Source: an uncultured Thiotrichaceae bacterium
GTDB taxonomy: Bacteria; Pseudomonadota; Gammaproteobacteria; SZUA-229
Length of the DNA stretch: 64,000 nucleotides
Direction of reading: 5' to 3'
NCBI GenBank assembly: GCA_964651445.1
Contig: CAZYYW010000002.1
Coordinates: 66 to 64,065 of the forward strand
Shown: positions 39,011 through 49,935 of the stretch, one piece after another
Numbering within the stretch: position 1 is the first letter of the stretch
Layout: each line of letters starts with the position of its first letter
Translations under genes and position numbers: made by a program
Notes under the pieces: generated by a model
Database searches by the model: none
What the model was told of the DNA's origin: nothing
The model's input: the letters and a program-made list of their open reading frames with translations, nothing else

Positions 39011-40344
39011 GTCACTCTACAACTATGTCAACTGAAGCAAATTCAGAACTGTGGTCGATGAAGGATGTTGCTGGGCGCTTAGTAAAACTCTTTACCTTGA
39101 AACTAGAAGACCTTGACCCAGTTTTACTACTAGCATTTATTTCCCTGTTAAGTCTTGGTGTCATTATGGTGGCGTCAGCGTCTATTAGTGTTGCCGATCG
39201 AAATTATTTAAACCCGTTTTATTATTTACAGCGTCAGTTGGTGTTTGTTGTTATTGGTTTGGCTGCGGCTTTGGTGGTATTTAAAATTCGCCTGGTGCAA
39301 TGGGAAAAATCAGGTATGGCATTGCTGATTTTTTCACTGTTTTTATTGATACTCGTATTGTTACCTGGTGTAGGGAAGACAGTGAACGGCAGTACGCGAT
39401 GGATACCACTGGGTGTGTTTAATCTGCAAGTGTCTGAGTTGGTAAAACTTTTTTTAGTTATCTATGTTGCAGGTTATCTGGTGCGGCATGGTGACGCGGT
39501 ACGCAGTTCATTAACAGGTTTCCTAAAACCTATGTTGATGGTAGGTCTAGCGGGTATTTTATTACTCATGCAGCCGGACTTCGGCGCTACCGTGGTTATC
39601 ATGGGTACCGTGCTGGCAATGACATTTTTAGCGGGTGTACGATTTATACAGTTTATCTCCTTTGTGTTTATTTTTGCCAGTGCGGCAATGTTGCTGGTTG
39701 TTACCTCGCCTTATCGTCTGCAACGTTTAACATCATTTACCAACCCCTGGGCAGATCCCTTTGACAGTGGTTTTCAGTTAACGCAATCATTGATAGCCAT
39801 TGGCACGGGCGGCTGGTTTGGTACGGGTCTGGGTGGTAGTGTACAAAAACTATTTTATTTACCTGAGGCACACACTGACTTTTTATTTGCAGTGCTATCG
39901 GAAGAACTGGGTTTTATGGGTGTATTCGTGGTGATTGCACTGTTTTCTGTGTTGTTTTACAGGGCGTTTAAAATTGCCATGCAAGCTGAAAAATTAGGCA
40001 ATTATTTTTCTGCTTATCTGGCGTACGGCATAGGCATTTGGTTGTCGATGCAGGCGGTAATCAACATCGGTGTGAATATTGGTCTGCTGCCCACGAAAGG
40101 ATTAACACTGCCATTAATGAGTTATGGTGGTAGTAGTCTTATCGTTACCTGTATTGCCATAGGTTTGTTGATGCGAATCCACTATGAAGTTAGTGGCATT
40201 ACGAAACAGGCCAGTACGCGCCAAACTCAAAGAAGTCAGAACAAAAAAAATCAGAGCGGAAAAGATAAGAGCGAAAAAAATCAGAGAAAAAGCCGTCGCG
40301 CTAAAAGAACGACGCACATTACCAAAGGCGGGGCATTGTTATGA
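39007..40344 (+). CDS. ftsW: lipid II flippase/peptidoglycan polymerase FtsW, with a Lys/Arg-rich C-terminal tail
   Basis: SEDS family (PEAHTDF, LPLMSYGGSS). It has a tail of about 45 aa: QASTRQTQRSQNKKNQSGKDKSEKNQRKSRRAKR. Confidence 0.95.
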   Translation: MSHSTTMSTEANSELWSMKDVAGRLVKLFTLKLEDLDPVLLLAFISLLSLGVIMVASASISVADRNYLNPFYYLQRQLVFVVIGLAAALVVFKIRLVQWEKSGMALLIFSLFLLILVLLPGVGKTVNGSTRWIPLGVFNLQVSELVKLFLVIYVAGYLVRHGDAVRSSLTGFLKPMLMVGLAGILLLMQPDFGATVVIMGTVLAMTFLAGVRFIQFISFVFIFASAAMLLVVTSPYRLQRLTSFTNPWADPFDSGFQLTQSLIAIGTGGWFGTGLGGSVQKLFYLPEAHTDFLFAVLSEELGFMGVFVVIALFSVLFYRAFKIAMQAEKLGNYFSAYLAYGIGIWLSMQAVINIGVNIGLLPTKGLTLPLMSYGGSSLIVTCIAIGLLMRIHYEVSGITKQASTRQTQRSQNKKNQSGKDKSEKNQRKSRRAKRTTHITKGGALL

Positions 40345-41426
40345 TGGATGTCCGTCCAATATTAATTATGGCAGGTGGCACCGGTGGTCATGTTTTTCCA
40401 GCACTGGCAGTCGCCGATGAATTACGCGCCCGCGGTATCCCCGTCATTTGGCTGGGTACGAAAGCGGGCATTGAATCAAGATTGGTGCCACAGGCTGGCT
40501 ACCCCATCGAGTGGATGAGTATCACCGGTCTGCGCGGAAAAAATAGCTTAACCTTGCTGTTAGCACCGGTGCGTATAAGTCTGGCTTGTTGGCAGGCACT
40601 GTCTGTATTATTGCGTAAAAAACCCTGCGCTGTTTTGGGTATGGGTGGCTTTGCCTCTGGCCCCGGTGGTTTAATGGCATGGTTGATACGAAAACCATTG
40701 TTGGTACACGAACAAAATGCAGTTGCCGGCTTAACCAATAAAATATTGGCGCGTTTTGCCAGTGTCGTGATGCAGGCTTTTCCTAATGTATTCAAACAGG
40801 CATTAACAACCGGTAATCCCGTCAGGCAATCAATTTGCGCTATCGAAGAACCGGCGATGCGAATCAATGAAAAATCGTCCGAAAAACTTCGCATATTGGT
40901 AATTGGTGGTAGTTTGGGTGCAGTGAAACTAAATGAAATTATTCCTTTAACGCTTAACAAAATGCAGCCTGTGCAGCGTCCAGAAATTATTCATCAAACC
41001 GGTATGAAAAATATCGAAGCCACCACTAGTGCCTACAACAGTGCAGGTGTCGAAGCGAAAGTGGAAGCATTTATTGATGATATGCCAGCGGTTTATCAGT
41101 GGGCCGATCTGGTGATTTGTCGCGCCGGTGCGATGACAGTATTTGAACTGGCGGCTGCTGGCATCGCCTCCATTTTGGTACCCTATCCACACGCCGTTGA
41201 TGACCACCAAACACATAATGCCTTCTACCTTGAAAAAAATGGCGCGGCCATCATTCGCCAGCAACATGAATTGTCAGTCGACTGGTTGTTAGAAGTCATT
41301 AATGATTTTTCAAACAATCGAAAAAAATTATTGGAAATGGCTGTCGCCGCACGAAAATTAGCGATACCCGGTTCGGCAAAGACCATTGCCGATGCCTGTG
41401 CCCGTGCCGGAGGATTGCTAAAATGA
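40341..41426 (+). CDS. murG: undecaprenyldiphospho-muramoylpentapeptide beta-N-acetylglucosaminyltransferase
   Basis: MAGGTGGHVFPALAVA and GGSLGA motifs. Confidence 0.95.
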   Translation: MMDVRPILIMAGGTGGHVFPALAVADELRARGIPVIWLGTKAGIESRLVPQAGYPIEWMSITGLRGKNSLTLLLAPVRISLACWQALSVLLRKKPCAVLGMGGFASGPGGLMAWLIRKPLLVHEQNAVAGLTNKILARFASVVMQAFPNVFKQALTTGNPVRQSICAIEEPAMRINEKSSEKLRILVIGGSLGAVKLNEIIPLTLNKMQPVQRPEIIHQTGMKNIEATTSAYNSAGVEAKVEAFIDDMPAVYQWADLVICRAGAMTVFELAAAGIASILVPYPHAVDDHQTHNAFYLEKNGAAIIRQQHELSVDWLLEVINDFSNNRKKLLEMAVAARKLAIPGSAKTIADACARAGGLLK

Positions 41427-42850
41427 AAGCCGCAGTCAGTCCCAAAGAATTTATGCGACGTATTCGTAAGGTACACTTCGTTGGTATCGGTGGCGCGGGT
41501 ATGAGCGGTATAGCGGATGTGATGAATACTTTAGGCTACCAAGTTAGCGGTTCAGACATTGCCAGTAATGCAGTGACTCAACAGTTGGAAGAATCTGGGG
41601 TAACGGTTCATTACTCGCACACGGTGGAAAATGTTCGTGATGTAGATGTGGTAGTCACATCAACCGCCATCAGCAGCGATAACATTGAAGTTGAAGCTGC
41701 CAAAGATCAGCGTATACCAGTCGTGCCACGGGCAGAAATGTTAGCAGAGTTAATGCGCTTTAGTCATGGTATTGCCGTCGCAGGGACACACGGTAAAACC
41801 ACGACAACATCATTGGTTACCTGTGTGCTGGAAGAAGCGGGTCTGGATCCAACCTATGTTATCGGCGGCAAGCTAAACAGTTCATCGACACATGCGCGTT
41901 TGGGCAAAGGAAAATATTTAATCGCTGAAGCGGATGAAAGTGATGCTTCTTTTTTATACCTGCAACCGATGATGTCGGTGGTCACCAATATTGATGCAGA
42001 TCACCTGCCCACTTATGGCGGCGATTTTTCACGGCTGAAACAGGCTTTTGTTGAATTTTTACATCACCTGCCTTTTTATGGTCTTGCCATTGTCTGTGTT
42101 GATGATGAGCAAGTCAGAAATATATTGCCAGAAATAACCCGACCAATTATTCGTTATGGAATTAATTTCGATGCGGATGTGACTGCTTCAAATATTTGTT
42201 ATAAGGGTTCAACCACTAGTTTTGATGTGATGTTGCCGGATGAGAAATCGACATTCCCCGTTATTTTAAATATGCCGGGTCGGCATAATGTGATGAACGC
42301 ATTGGCGGCGATTTGTGTTGCATATGAATTGGGCATTACCAGTGATCACATGCAGACGGCATTGAAAAAATTTGCCGGTATTGGTCGTCGCATGCACATG
42401 TATGGTGAAATCAAAATAAAGCAGGGTGCAGTGACATTGATTGATGATTACGCACATCACCCAACGGAAATTGCAGCAACACTGCATGCGGCAAAAAATG
42501 CATGGCCGGAGAAACGTCTGGTCGCCGTTTTTCAACCTCACCGTTTCACACGTACGCGCGATTTATTTGAAGATTTTTCACACGTATTGGCTGACTGCGA
42601 TGTGTTAATGGTGACCGAGGTTTATGCCGCTGGTGAAGACGTTATTGCTGGGGCAGACAGTCGCGCACTGTGCGCGGCAATTCGAGCACGCGGAAAAGTT
42701 AACCCTATTTTTGTTGAAGATGTCGAAAAGCTTGATGAAGATCTAGCTGCCATGTTGCAGGACGGTGATCTGGTACTCACCATGGGTGCAGGCAGTATCG
42801 GTAGAGTAGCGTCACAGTTGACACAGACGCTGGAGAAGTTGGCTCAATGA
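41423..42850 (+). CDS. murC: UDP-N-acetylmuramate--L-alanine ligase
   Basis: HFVGIGGAGMSGIA and GTHGKTTTTS. Confidence 0.95.
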   Translation: MKAAVSPKEFMRRIRKVHFVGIGGAGMSGIADVMNTLGYQVSGSDIASNAVTQQLEESGVTVHYSHTVENVRDVDVVVTSTAISSDNIEVEAAKDQRIPVVPRAEMLAELMRFSHGIAVAGTHGKTTTTSLVTCVLEEAGLDPTYVIGGKLNSSSTHARLGKGKYLIAEADESDASFLYLQPMMSVVTNIDADHLPTYGGDFSRLKQAFVEFLHHLPFYGLAIVCVDDEQVRNILPEITRPIIRYGINFDADVTASNICYKGSTTSFDVMLPDEKSTFPVILNMPGRHNVMNALAAICVAYELGITSDHMQTALKKFAGIGRRMHMYGEIKIKQGAVTLIDDYAHHPTEIAATLHAAKNAWPEKRLVAVFQPHRFTRTRDLFEDFSHVLADCDVLMVTEVYAAGEDVIAGADSRALCAAIRARGKVNPIFVEDVEKLDEDLAAMLQDGDLVLTMGAGSIGRVASQLTQTLEKLAQ

Positions 42851-43842
42851 AAATGAATGTTATGAAAAAAATTGAAGACATAACCATTGTAAAAAACGAG
42901 CCGATGGCGAAACATACAAGCTGGCGCACGGGTGGTTTTGCGCGTCAATATGTACAGGCATCTTCGTTAACGACACTGTCAGAATGTATAGCGCAACTAC
43001 CTGCTGATGAGAAACTACTCTGGCTGGGATTGGGCAGTAATACCCTGATACGTGATGGCGGTTTTAACGGCACAGTGATTGCGACACAAGGCGTTATGAC
43101 GCAATTAGAAGTTGCTGAAAACTCCGAAGATGAAACCATAATATATGTCGGTGCGGGTGTTGCTAGTGCAAAACTCGCTCGCTTTTGTAGCAGGCTGAGT
43201 TTGTCCGGTGCGGAATTTTTTGCGGGTATTCCAGGGCTTGTTGGTGGCGCACTGGCAATGAATGCGGGCGCTTTTGGCGGCGAAACATGGCCGTTGGTTC
43301 GCGCTGTTGAAACCATGAATCATAAAGGTGAAATAAAACGCCGTGACGCGAAAGAATTTGAGTATGGCTATCGTTTCGTAAACGGCCTCAACAATGAATG
43401 GTTTATTAGTGCCACGCTTTGCCTGCAAAAAAATAAAAGCAATCTGCCGGATAGCAATATACTGGATATTAAGCAGTTATTGGCAAAACGTGCAGCATCG
43501 CAACCAACAGGTGTGGCAAGTTGTGGCAGCGTGTTTCAAAACCCTAAGGCTGGTTTTGCCGCACAATTAATTGAAACTTGTGGTTTAAAAGGCAAGCGTA
43601 TAGGCGGAGCGATTGTTTCTGAAAAACATGCCAACTTTATTATTAATGAAAATAATGCAACAGCGACAGATATTGAAGAGCTGATTTTATTTGTTCAGAA
43701 AACCGTTAAAGATGAACATAACATCGAATTGCAAACAGAAGTAAAAATTGTTGGGGATCGGCTGAATGATTATAAGCCAACTCGCAACAATCCGCCTGAA
43801 AATACTTCGACAAGTGATGGTTTAGCCGGAGAAAAAAAATAA
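42847..43842 (+). CDS. murB: UDP-N-acetylenolpyruvoylglucosamine reductase
   Basis: An FAD-binding PCMH-type domain, and the GSVFQNP and SEKHANFIIN motifs. It has a C-terminal extension of about 30 aa. Confidence 0.9.
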   Translation: MKMNVMKKIEDITIVKNEPMAKHTSWRTGGFARQYVQASSLTTLSECIAQLPADEKLLWLGLGSNTLIRDGGFNGTVIATQGVMTQLEVAENSEDETIIYVGAGVASAKLARFCSRLSLSGAEFFAGIPGLVGGALAMNAGAFGGETWPLVRAVETMNHKGEIKRRDAKEFEYGYRFVNGLNNEWFISATLCLQKNKSNLPDSNILDIKQLLAKRAASQPTGVASCGSVFQNPKAGFAAQLIETCGLKGKRIGGAIVSEKHANFIINENNATATDIEELILFVQKTVKDEHNIELQTEVKIVGDRLNDYKPTRNNPPENTSTSDGLAGEKK

Positions 43843-44777
43843 TGGATGTCGATGTGAAAAAATTTGGCAAAGTAGCGGTGCTAATGGGTGGCCTATCTGC
43901 CGAGCGAGAGATATCTTTGTTAAGTGGTAACGCGGTTTTGAGCGCATTAAAAAATAAAGGTGTTGATGCCCATGGTATTGATGTTGACGAAAATATTGTG
44001 CAGCAACTGGCGAGTGATAATTATCAAACAGCTTTTATCGTATTGCATGGCCGTGGTGGTGAAGACGGATCAATGCAAGGTCTGCTGGAACTAATGTCCA
44101 TGCCCTATACCGGTTCAGGTGTTATGGCATCGTCGCTGGCGATGGATAAATTAAAAACCAAACAGATTTGGCTAGCGATGGGTTTGCCAACACCGGATTT
44201 TCGCATTATTGATTCACCGAAAAGTTGTCAACAAGCACTGCATGAATTGTCTTTACCGTTGATTATAAAACCTGTTCTTGAAGGTTCAAGCATAGGCATG
44301 AGCAAGGTCGAATGTGAAGAAGAAATGTTACCAGCGTGGCAAAAGGCGCAGCAATGTGGTGGTATCGTCATTGCTGAGAGCTGGGTTGAAGGTGAGGAGT
44401 ATACCGCCGCGATGCTGGACGATCAGGTGCTACCTATGATTAAGCTTAAAACCACACATAAATTTTATGACTACGACGCCAAGTATGAAACCAATGATAC
44501 GCAGTACATTTGTCCTTGCGGTTTATCCGAGCAAGAAGAAACGGAGTTTTCACAGTTGGCAACCCAGGCATTTAATGCAGTAGGCGCTACCGCATGGGGA
44601 CGAGTTGATTTCATGGTGGATGAAAATAATAAACCTTGGCTGATAGAAGTGAATACAGTACCGGGCATGACGGATCATTCATTGGTGCCGATGGCAGCAG
44701 AACAGGCAAATATAAGGTTTGATGATTTGGCGGTACGCATATTATCGTTGGCAGAATGCGAACGTTGCGCGAACTAG
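43842..44777 (+). CDS. ddlB: D-alanine--D-alanine ligase
   Basis: GGLSAEREISL, HGRGGEDG and EVNTVPGMT motifs. Confidence 0.95.
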   Translation: MDVDVKKFGKVAVLMGGLSAEREISLLSGNAVLSALKNKGVDAHGIDVDENIVQQLASDNYQTAFIVLHGRGGEDGSMQGLLELMSMPYTGSGVMASSLAMDKLKTKQIWLAMGLPTPDFRIIDSPKSCQQALHELSLPLIIKPVLEGSSIGMSKVECEEEMLPAWQKAQQCGGIVIAESWVEGEEYTAAMLDDQVLPMIKLKTTHKFYDYDAKYETNDTQYICPCGLSEQEETEFSQLATQAFNAVGATAWGRVDFMVDENNKPWLIEVNTVPGMTDHSLVPMAAEQANIRFDDLAVRILSLAECERCAN

Positions 44778-44806
44778 ATTGCTGAAATAAATAATAAAAA
44801 ATAATA

Positions 44807-45667
44807 ATGAAAAGAAATAATAAAAAATCACTGATGAGCCAGACACTGAAAGCATTGTCTACGGTGTTGCCGGTGCTATTGCCGGTAGTATTGCTGGCGG
44901 TAGCTCTTGTATATTCTTTCATGTTTATAAAAGATGCAGAGCTGCCAACGGTATTGCCAATCAGTGATGTTGCAGTGATTGGCGAGCTACGTTTTCAGGA
45001 TAAATCAGCGGTAGAGAATATTGTTAAAAACACTATTAATGGTGGTTACTTTACACTGGATTTAAAAATTATCCGTGACAGTCTATTGGAACAACCGTGG
45101 ATAAAAGATGTCTCTTTAAGAAGGCGCTGGCCGACGAATCTGGATGTCATCATAACTGAGCATGTGCCGGTGGCATACTGGAATGATGATGCTTTTATAA
45201 GCAGTAGCGGTGAAGTCATTAAGCCGCAAAAAATTGACAAAAATTTAAACCTGCCAGTGCTAAATGGCCCTGATGGTTTGCATAATGATGTATGGCAGTT
45301 TATGAATGTGCTTTACCAGGAAATGGCATTGCTTGAATTTGAAGTGGTGCAATTGGATCTTGATAACCGTCGCTCATGGCAGTTGGTCATTGTCGAAGAA
45401 AATAGTGCAGTGCCGGCGGCTACTAGTGCACAACCAATAGCGGTGAAACTCGGGCGTTTTGAAACAGAGAAACGTGTGCAGCGTTTTGTCCAGATACTGC
45501 CAGCACTGACACTAGAAAATAAGTTTACCGGCAAACCTGCAACTGGCCATGCAGTTGGCCATACAGCAGACAATGCCATAGCAAACAATAATATTAAGGT
45601 TATCGATATGCGTTATCCAAACGGTTTTTCTATACAACGAGTTGATGCGCAGCGGGTGGGAGCTTGA
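44807..45667 (+). CDS. ftsQ: cell division protein FtsQ
   Basis: Single TM plus a POTRA domain (WIKDVSLRRRWPTNLDVIITEHVPVAYW), at the conserved position. Confidence 0.85.
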   Translation: MKRNNKKSLMSQTLKALSTVLPVLLPVVLLAVALVYSFMFIKDAELPTVLPISDVAVIGELRFQDKSAVENIVKNTINGGYFTLDLKIIRDSLLEQPWIKDVSLRRRWPTNLDVIITEHVPVAYWNDDAFISSSGEVIKPQKIDKNLNLPVLNGPDGLHNDVWQFMNVLYQEMALLEFEVVQLDLDNRRSWQLVIVEENSAVPAATSAQPIAVKLGRFETEKRVQRFVQILPALTLENKFTGKPATGHAVGHTADNAIANNNIKVIDMRYPNGFSIQRVDAQRVGA

Positions 45668-45668
45668 A

Positions 45669-46907
45669 ATGATGACTAAAAAGTCTGACAGAAATATGAT
45701 TATTGGCCTTGATATTGGTACTTCCAAAGTTGTTGCCATCGTCGGTGAAGTGAATGACGAAGGTGAAATAGAAATTATCGGTTTGGGCTCGCACCCTTCG
45801 AATGGTCTAAAAAAAGGCGTAGTGGTAAACATTGAATCCACCGTGCAATCAATACAGCATGCTGTAGAAGAAGCTGAATTGATGGCAGGCTGTGAAATTA
45901 ATGCGGTCTATGCTGGCATTGCTGGCAGCCATATACGCAGTCTCAATTCGCATGGCATTGTCGCGATACGCGAACGTGAAGTGACCAATGGTGATTTGGA
46001 TCGGGTGATTGATGCGGCACGTGCAGTGGCAATACCTGCCGATCAACGTGTACTGCATATTCTGCCGCAGGAATTTATTATTGATGATCAGGAAGGCATC
46101 CGTGAGCCGATTGGAATGTCGGGTGTGCGATTGGAAGCCAAAGTACATCTTGTTACCGGTGCTGTGGGTGCAGCGCAAAACATCATTAAATGTGTACGCC
46201 GCTGTGGTCTAGAGGTGGATGATATTATTCTTGAACAATTGGCCTCTAGCTATTCGGTTCTTACCGAAGACGAAAAGGAGCTGGGCGTTTGCTTGGTTGA
46301 TATTGGTGGCGGCACGACTGACATCGCGGTATTTTCAGAAGGCGCAATTCGTCACACGGCTGTTATTCCCATCGCTGGTGACCAAGTAACGAATGACATC
46401 GCGGTGGCGCTGCGCACACCAACGCAGTATGCCGATGAGATAAAAATTAAATATGCTTGCGCATTGCGACAGTTAGCCAACCCGGAAGAAACCATCGAGG
46501 TGCCCAGTGTAGGTGATCGGCCACCACGAAAACTTTCACGGCAAACGCTGGCGGAAGTTGTGGAACCGCGATACGAAGAATTGTTAAGTTTGGTACATGC
46601 CGAATTACGCCGCAGTGGTTTTGAAGAGATCATCGCTGCTGGTGTGGTATTAACTGGTGGCAGTTCAAAAATGGAAGGGGTCATCGATTTGGCGGAAGAA
46701 ATTTTCCATGCGCCGGTACGGCTTGGTTTGCCACAATACGTGTCTGGTTTGTCAGATGTGGTAAAGAATCCGATTTATGCGACGGGTGTTGGTCTGTTGT
46801 TATTTGGTCATCAACATCGAAATAGCGGCACCAGTCACATCATGATGGAAGGTGGTGTTAAAGGAGTTTTTGAACGAATGAAAAACTGGTTTCAAGGGAA
46901 TTTTTAG
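45669..46907 (+). CDS. ftsA: cell division protein FtsA
   Basis: IIGLDIGTSKVVAIVGE and VDIGGGTTDIAVF, an actin-like fold. The ATG at 45669 lies just after the ftsQ stop. Confidence 0.95.
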   Translation: MMTKKSDRNMIIGLDIGTSKVVAIVGEVNDEGEIEIIGLGSHPSNGLKKGVVVNIESTVQSIQHAVEEAELMAGCEINAVYAGIAGSHIRSLNSHGIVAIREREVTNGDLDRVIDAARAVAIPADQRVLHILPQEFIIDDQEGIREPIGMSGVRLEAKVHLVTGAVGAAQNIIKCVRRCGLEVDDIILEQLASSYSVLTEDEKELGVCLVDIGGGTTDIAVFSEGAIRHTAVIPIAGDQVTNDIAVALRTPTQYADEIKIKYACALRQLANPEETIEVPSVGDRPPRKLSRQTLAEVVEPRYEELLSLVHAELRRSGFEEIIAAGVVLTGGSSKMEGVIDLAEEIFHAPVRLGLPQYVSGLSDVVKNPIYATGVGLLLFGHQHRNSGTSHIMMEGGVKGVFERMKNWFQGNF

Positions 46908-47040
46908 GGTAATTTTTAGGAAAACTTTCTAGCAAGGTTTTGCAAGCACAGAGAAAATAGATAGCGATAACAGATAGCCATATTTAGATAAGAATAAACG
47001 AAATATAAATTAATTAATAAAACAAAAGAGGAGAAGTATC

Positions 47041-48207
47041 ATGCCTATGTTCGAATTGATGGATTCTGGTGCACAAGAAGCAGTAATCAAAGTTATTGGC
47101 GTTGGTGGCGGTGGTGGTAACGCCGTTCAACACATGGTAAATAGTGGAATCAACGGTGTTGATTTTATTTGCACCAATACAGACGCGCAGGCACTGAGCC
47201 GTTTTGATGGTTGCAAGTCATTACAAATTGGTAGCAACATAACCAAAGGATTAGGCGCTGGCGCGACACCTGAAGTTGGTCAGCAAGCCGCGCTGGAAGA
47301 TCGCGAGCTAATTCAGGAGGCCATTTCAAATACTGACATGTTGTTTGTAACAGCGGGTATGGGAGGCGGCACGGGTACGGGTGCTGCGCCTGTGGTTGCA
47401 CAAATCGCGCGCGAAATGGGCATACTGGTTGTTGGCGTTGTCACCAAACCTTTTGCTTTTGAAGGTTCAGCGCGAATGAAAATTGCGATGAACGGGATTA
47501 AGGAATTAAGTTCGCATGTGGATTCTTTAATCACTATTCCAAATGATAAATTACTGGATGTTTACGGTCGTGATTTCGATTTGATGAATGCCTTTAGAGG
47601 CGCAAACGATGTCTTATGCGGAGCAGTGCAGGGCATTACCGAGTTGATTACAAATCCAGGTGTTATCAACGTCGACTTTGCTGATGTTAGAACCGTAATG
47701 TCAAAAATGGGTATGGGCATGATGGGTTCTGGTCGCGCCACCGGTGATGAGCGTGCCAAAGAAGCCGCAGAAGCGGCTATCGCAAGCCCACTGCTTGAAG
47801 ATGTGAATCTTTCCGGTGCGCGCGGTATTCTGGTTAATGTTACCGGTGCCAATATGACCTTGGGTGAGTTCCAAGACATCGGCGCTGTAATCAACGGTTT
47901 TGCCTCGGAAGATGCCACCGTGGTTATGGGTACCGCTATCGATGAATCACTGGAGGGTGAAATTCGCGTTACCGTGGTTGCAACCGGTTTAGGTAATTGT
48001 GTTCAAACGCCTGTTGCCACGCCTGCACCTGCTGAAATAAAAGTGGTGAGAGCGGCAGTGTCCGATGAAGCACCGGATTACGGTGAATTGGCGAAACCCG
48101 CTATTACTCGAAATACCAAAGCACATGAGGAACCTGTTTCGGTTAATGGTGGTTACAATGAAGAAATGCTGGATATTCCTGCCTTTTTACGCAGACAGGC
48201 AGATTAA
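47041..48207 (+). CDS. ftsZ: cell division GTPase FtsZ
   Basis: GVGGGGGNAV and GGGTGTGAAPV tubulin signatures, and a C-terminal DIPAFLRRQAD peptide. Confidence 0.97.
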   Translation: MPMFELMDSGAQEAVIKVIGVGGGGGNAVQHMVNSGINGVDFICTNTDAQALSRFDGCKSLQIGSNITKGLGAGATPEVGQQAALEDRELIQEAISNTDMLFVTAGMGGGTGTGAAPVVAQIAREMGILVVGVVTKPFAFEGSARMKIAMNGIKELSSHVDSLITIPNDKLLDVYGRDFDLMNAFRGANDVLCGAVQGITELITNPGVINVDFADVRTVMSKMGMGMMGSGRATGDERAKEAAEAAIASPLLEDVNLSGARGILVNVTGANMTLGEFQDIGAVINGFASEDATVVMGTAIDESLEGEIRVTVVATGLGNCVQTPVATPAPAEIKVVRAAVSDEAPDYGELAKPAITRNTKAHEEPVSVNGGYNEEMLDIPAFLRRQAD

Positions 48208-48453
48208 TCCGGTAAAGCAAAGGCGTAATACTTTAAATCATTGATTTAATTTATTTTTCCCCAGCTTTTCACTGATTGATGGCAGGTTATTTTGATAAAA
48301 AGTCAGCTTGTTTAAACACCGATTTAACGGCGAGCTTTCAATTTAGGTCGTAAATATGTGATAATACGGCGTTTTTTATCAAACTTTCAGCCACAACTGA
48401 AATGTTTAGCGGTAATTATTGAGCCGTAATTATTGAACATAGGATTGGACAAA

Positions 48454-49368
48454 TTGATTAAGCAAAGAACATTAAAAAATGTCATACGCGCTACTGGCGT
48501 GGGATTACATTCGGGCAAAAAAGTCTACCTAACACTGCGTCCGGCTCAGCCAGACACGGGTGTAATATTTCGTCGAGTTGATTTAAATGAACCGGTTGAA
48601 ATAAAGGCAACGGCTTCCAATGTTGGCGCCACCATGCTGTCAACCACTCTTGAGCAGGACGGTGTTACCGTCTCGACGGTTGAACATTTGCTGTCTGCGA
48701 TGGCGGGTTTAGGCATTGACAATGCTTATGTTGATGTAAGTGCCTCTGAAGTCCCCATTATGGATGGTAGCTCGGGTCCTTTTGTGTTCTTGATTCAATC
48801 TGCCGGCATTGTCGAACAGGAAGCGCCGAAACGGTTCATCCGCATTAAAAAATCTGTGGTGGTAGAAGAAGAAGGCAAGTGGGCGCGTTTCGATCCATTT
48901 GACGGCTTTAAAGTTAGTTTCGCCATTGATTTTGATCACCCCGCATTTAAAGATGCACCTTGTACCGCTGAAATCGATTTTTCCACAACGTCCTTTGTCA
49001 AAGAAGTGAGTCGCGCACGAACTTTTGGTTTTATGCGTGATATCGAAGCCCTGCGCAAAAATAATCTAGCGTTAGGTGGCAGCATCGACAACGCTATCGT
49101 GGTTGATGAATACCGTGTTTTAAATGAAGACGGTTTACGTTATGAAGATGAATTTGTTAAACACAAAATTTTAGATGCCATTGGTGACCTTTATTTATTA
49201 GGTCACAGTTCCATTGGCGCTTTTTCTGGTTATCGCTCTGGTCACTCACTCAATAATAAATTACTAAAAGCCTTATGTGCCGATAAAGATGCTTGGGAAC
49301 AAGTAACCTTCGAAGGCGACAAGGCTTTGTCTCCCATTTCGTACGCGACTCCACTGCAGACTTTTTAA
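48454..49368 (+). CDS. lpxC: UDP-3-O-acyl-N-acetylglucosamine deacetylase
   Basis: (L)[30 protein letters not shown] aligns with the E. coli LpxC N-terminus MIKQRTLK. This implies the TTG start at 48454, because the track start at 48433 adds 7 residues. Confidence 0.9.
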   Translation: MIKQRTLKNVIRATGVGLHSGKKVYLTLRPAQPDTGVIFRRVDLNEPVEIKATASNVGATMLSTTLEQDGVTVSTVEHLLSAMAGLGIDNAYVDVSASEVPIMDGSSGPFVFLIQSAGIVEQEAPKRFIRIKKSVVVEEEGKWARFDPFDGFKVSFAIDFDHPAFKDAPCTAEIDFSTTSFVKEVSRARTFGFMRDIEALRKNNLALGGSIDNAIVVDEYRVLNEDGLRYEDEFVKHKILDAIGDLYLLGHSSIGAFSGYRSGHSLNNKLLKALCADKDAWEQVTFEGDKALSPISYATPLQTF

Positions 49369-49379
49369 GAGCAGCCGAT

Positions 49380-49865
49380 TTAGCTGGTTTTGTCGTCGCT
49401 GGGTTTAGCATGGCGGGCTATTTTCAATAAGGATGTTTTTAATAACGGGTGAGTCATGCTGTTGGCCGATTGTGTCAACAGCGTTGCTGTACTCTCACTA
49501 ATTTGAAGTTTGTCGCGCCTGGCTTTATTTACGTTGGCTTTATTTAAGTTTTTCTGCTTTTGGTCGTTAGAAACATTGTAGCGTGTGCTTATTTGAATAT
49601 GGTGAATAAGCGGTGAGTTGTCGGTATCGTCATTTTCTGCTTGCTCGCGGATAAATTGCAGAATTTGAGGATTTAACTGGCGTAAACGGGTAGTCCATAC
49701 CGGAGAATCAGTGATAAGCATCAAATTTTGGTCACGAATATTGGCGACTTTGACGTGTGACAGGCATTCCACGGGTAATATTTGCTGCAGAAGACGGGTG
49801 AATTTTGCCAGTTTTTTGGCCTGAATCACAAAATTGGGGTTAATTTGTTCATTAATTAACTTCAT
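49380..49865 (-). CDS. DUF721/DciA-like protein
   Basis: 161 aa. VKVANIRDQNLMLITDSPVWTTRLRQLNPQIL is the DUF721 core, and the lpxC-secA neighbourhood is typical. Confidence 0.55.
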   Translation of the reverse strand: MKLINEQINPNFVIQAKKLAKFTRLLQQILPVECLSHVKVANIRDQNLMLITDSPVWTTRLRQLNPQILQFIREQAENDDTDNSPLIHHIQISTRYNVSNDQKQKNLNKANVNKARRDKLQISESTATLLTQSANSMTHPLLKTSLLKIARHAKPSDDKTS

Positions 49866-49935
49866 TATGCTAAAAACTCGATGAATTGACTATAATTATC
49901 ACTGTTGCAAACGTTGAGCGAATAGAAATCCAAGT

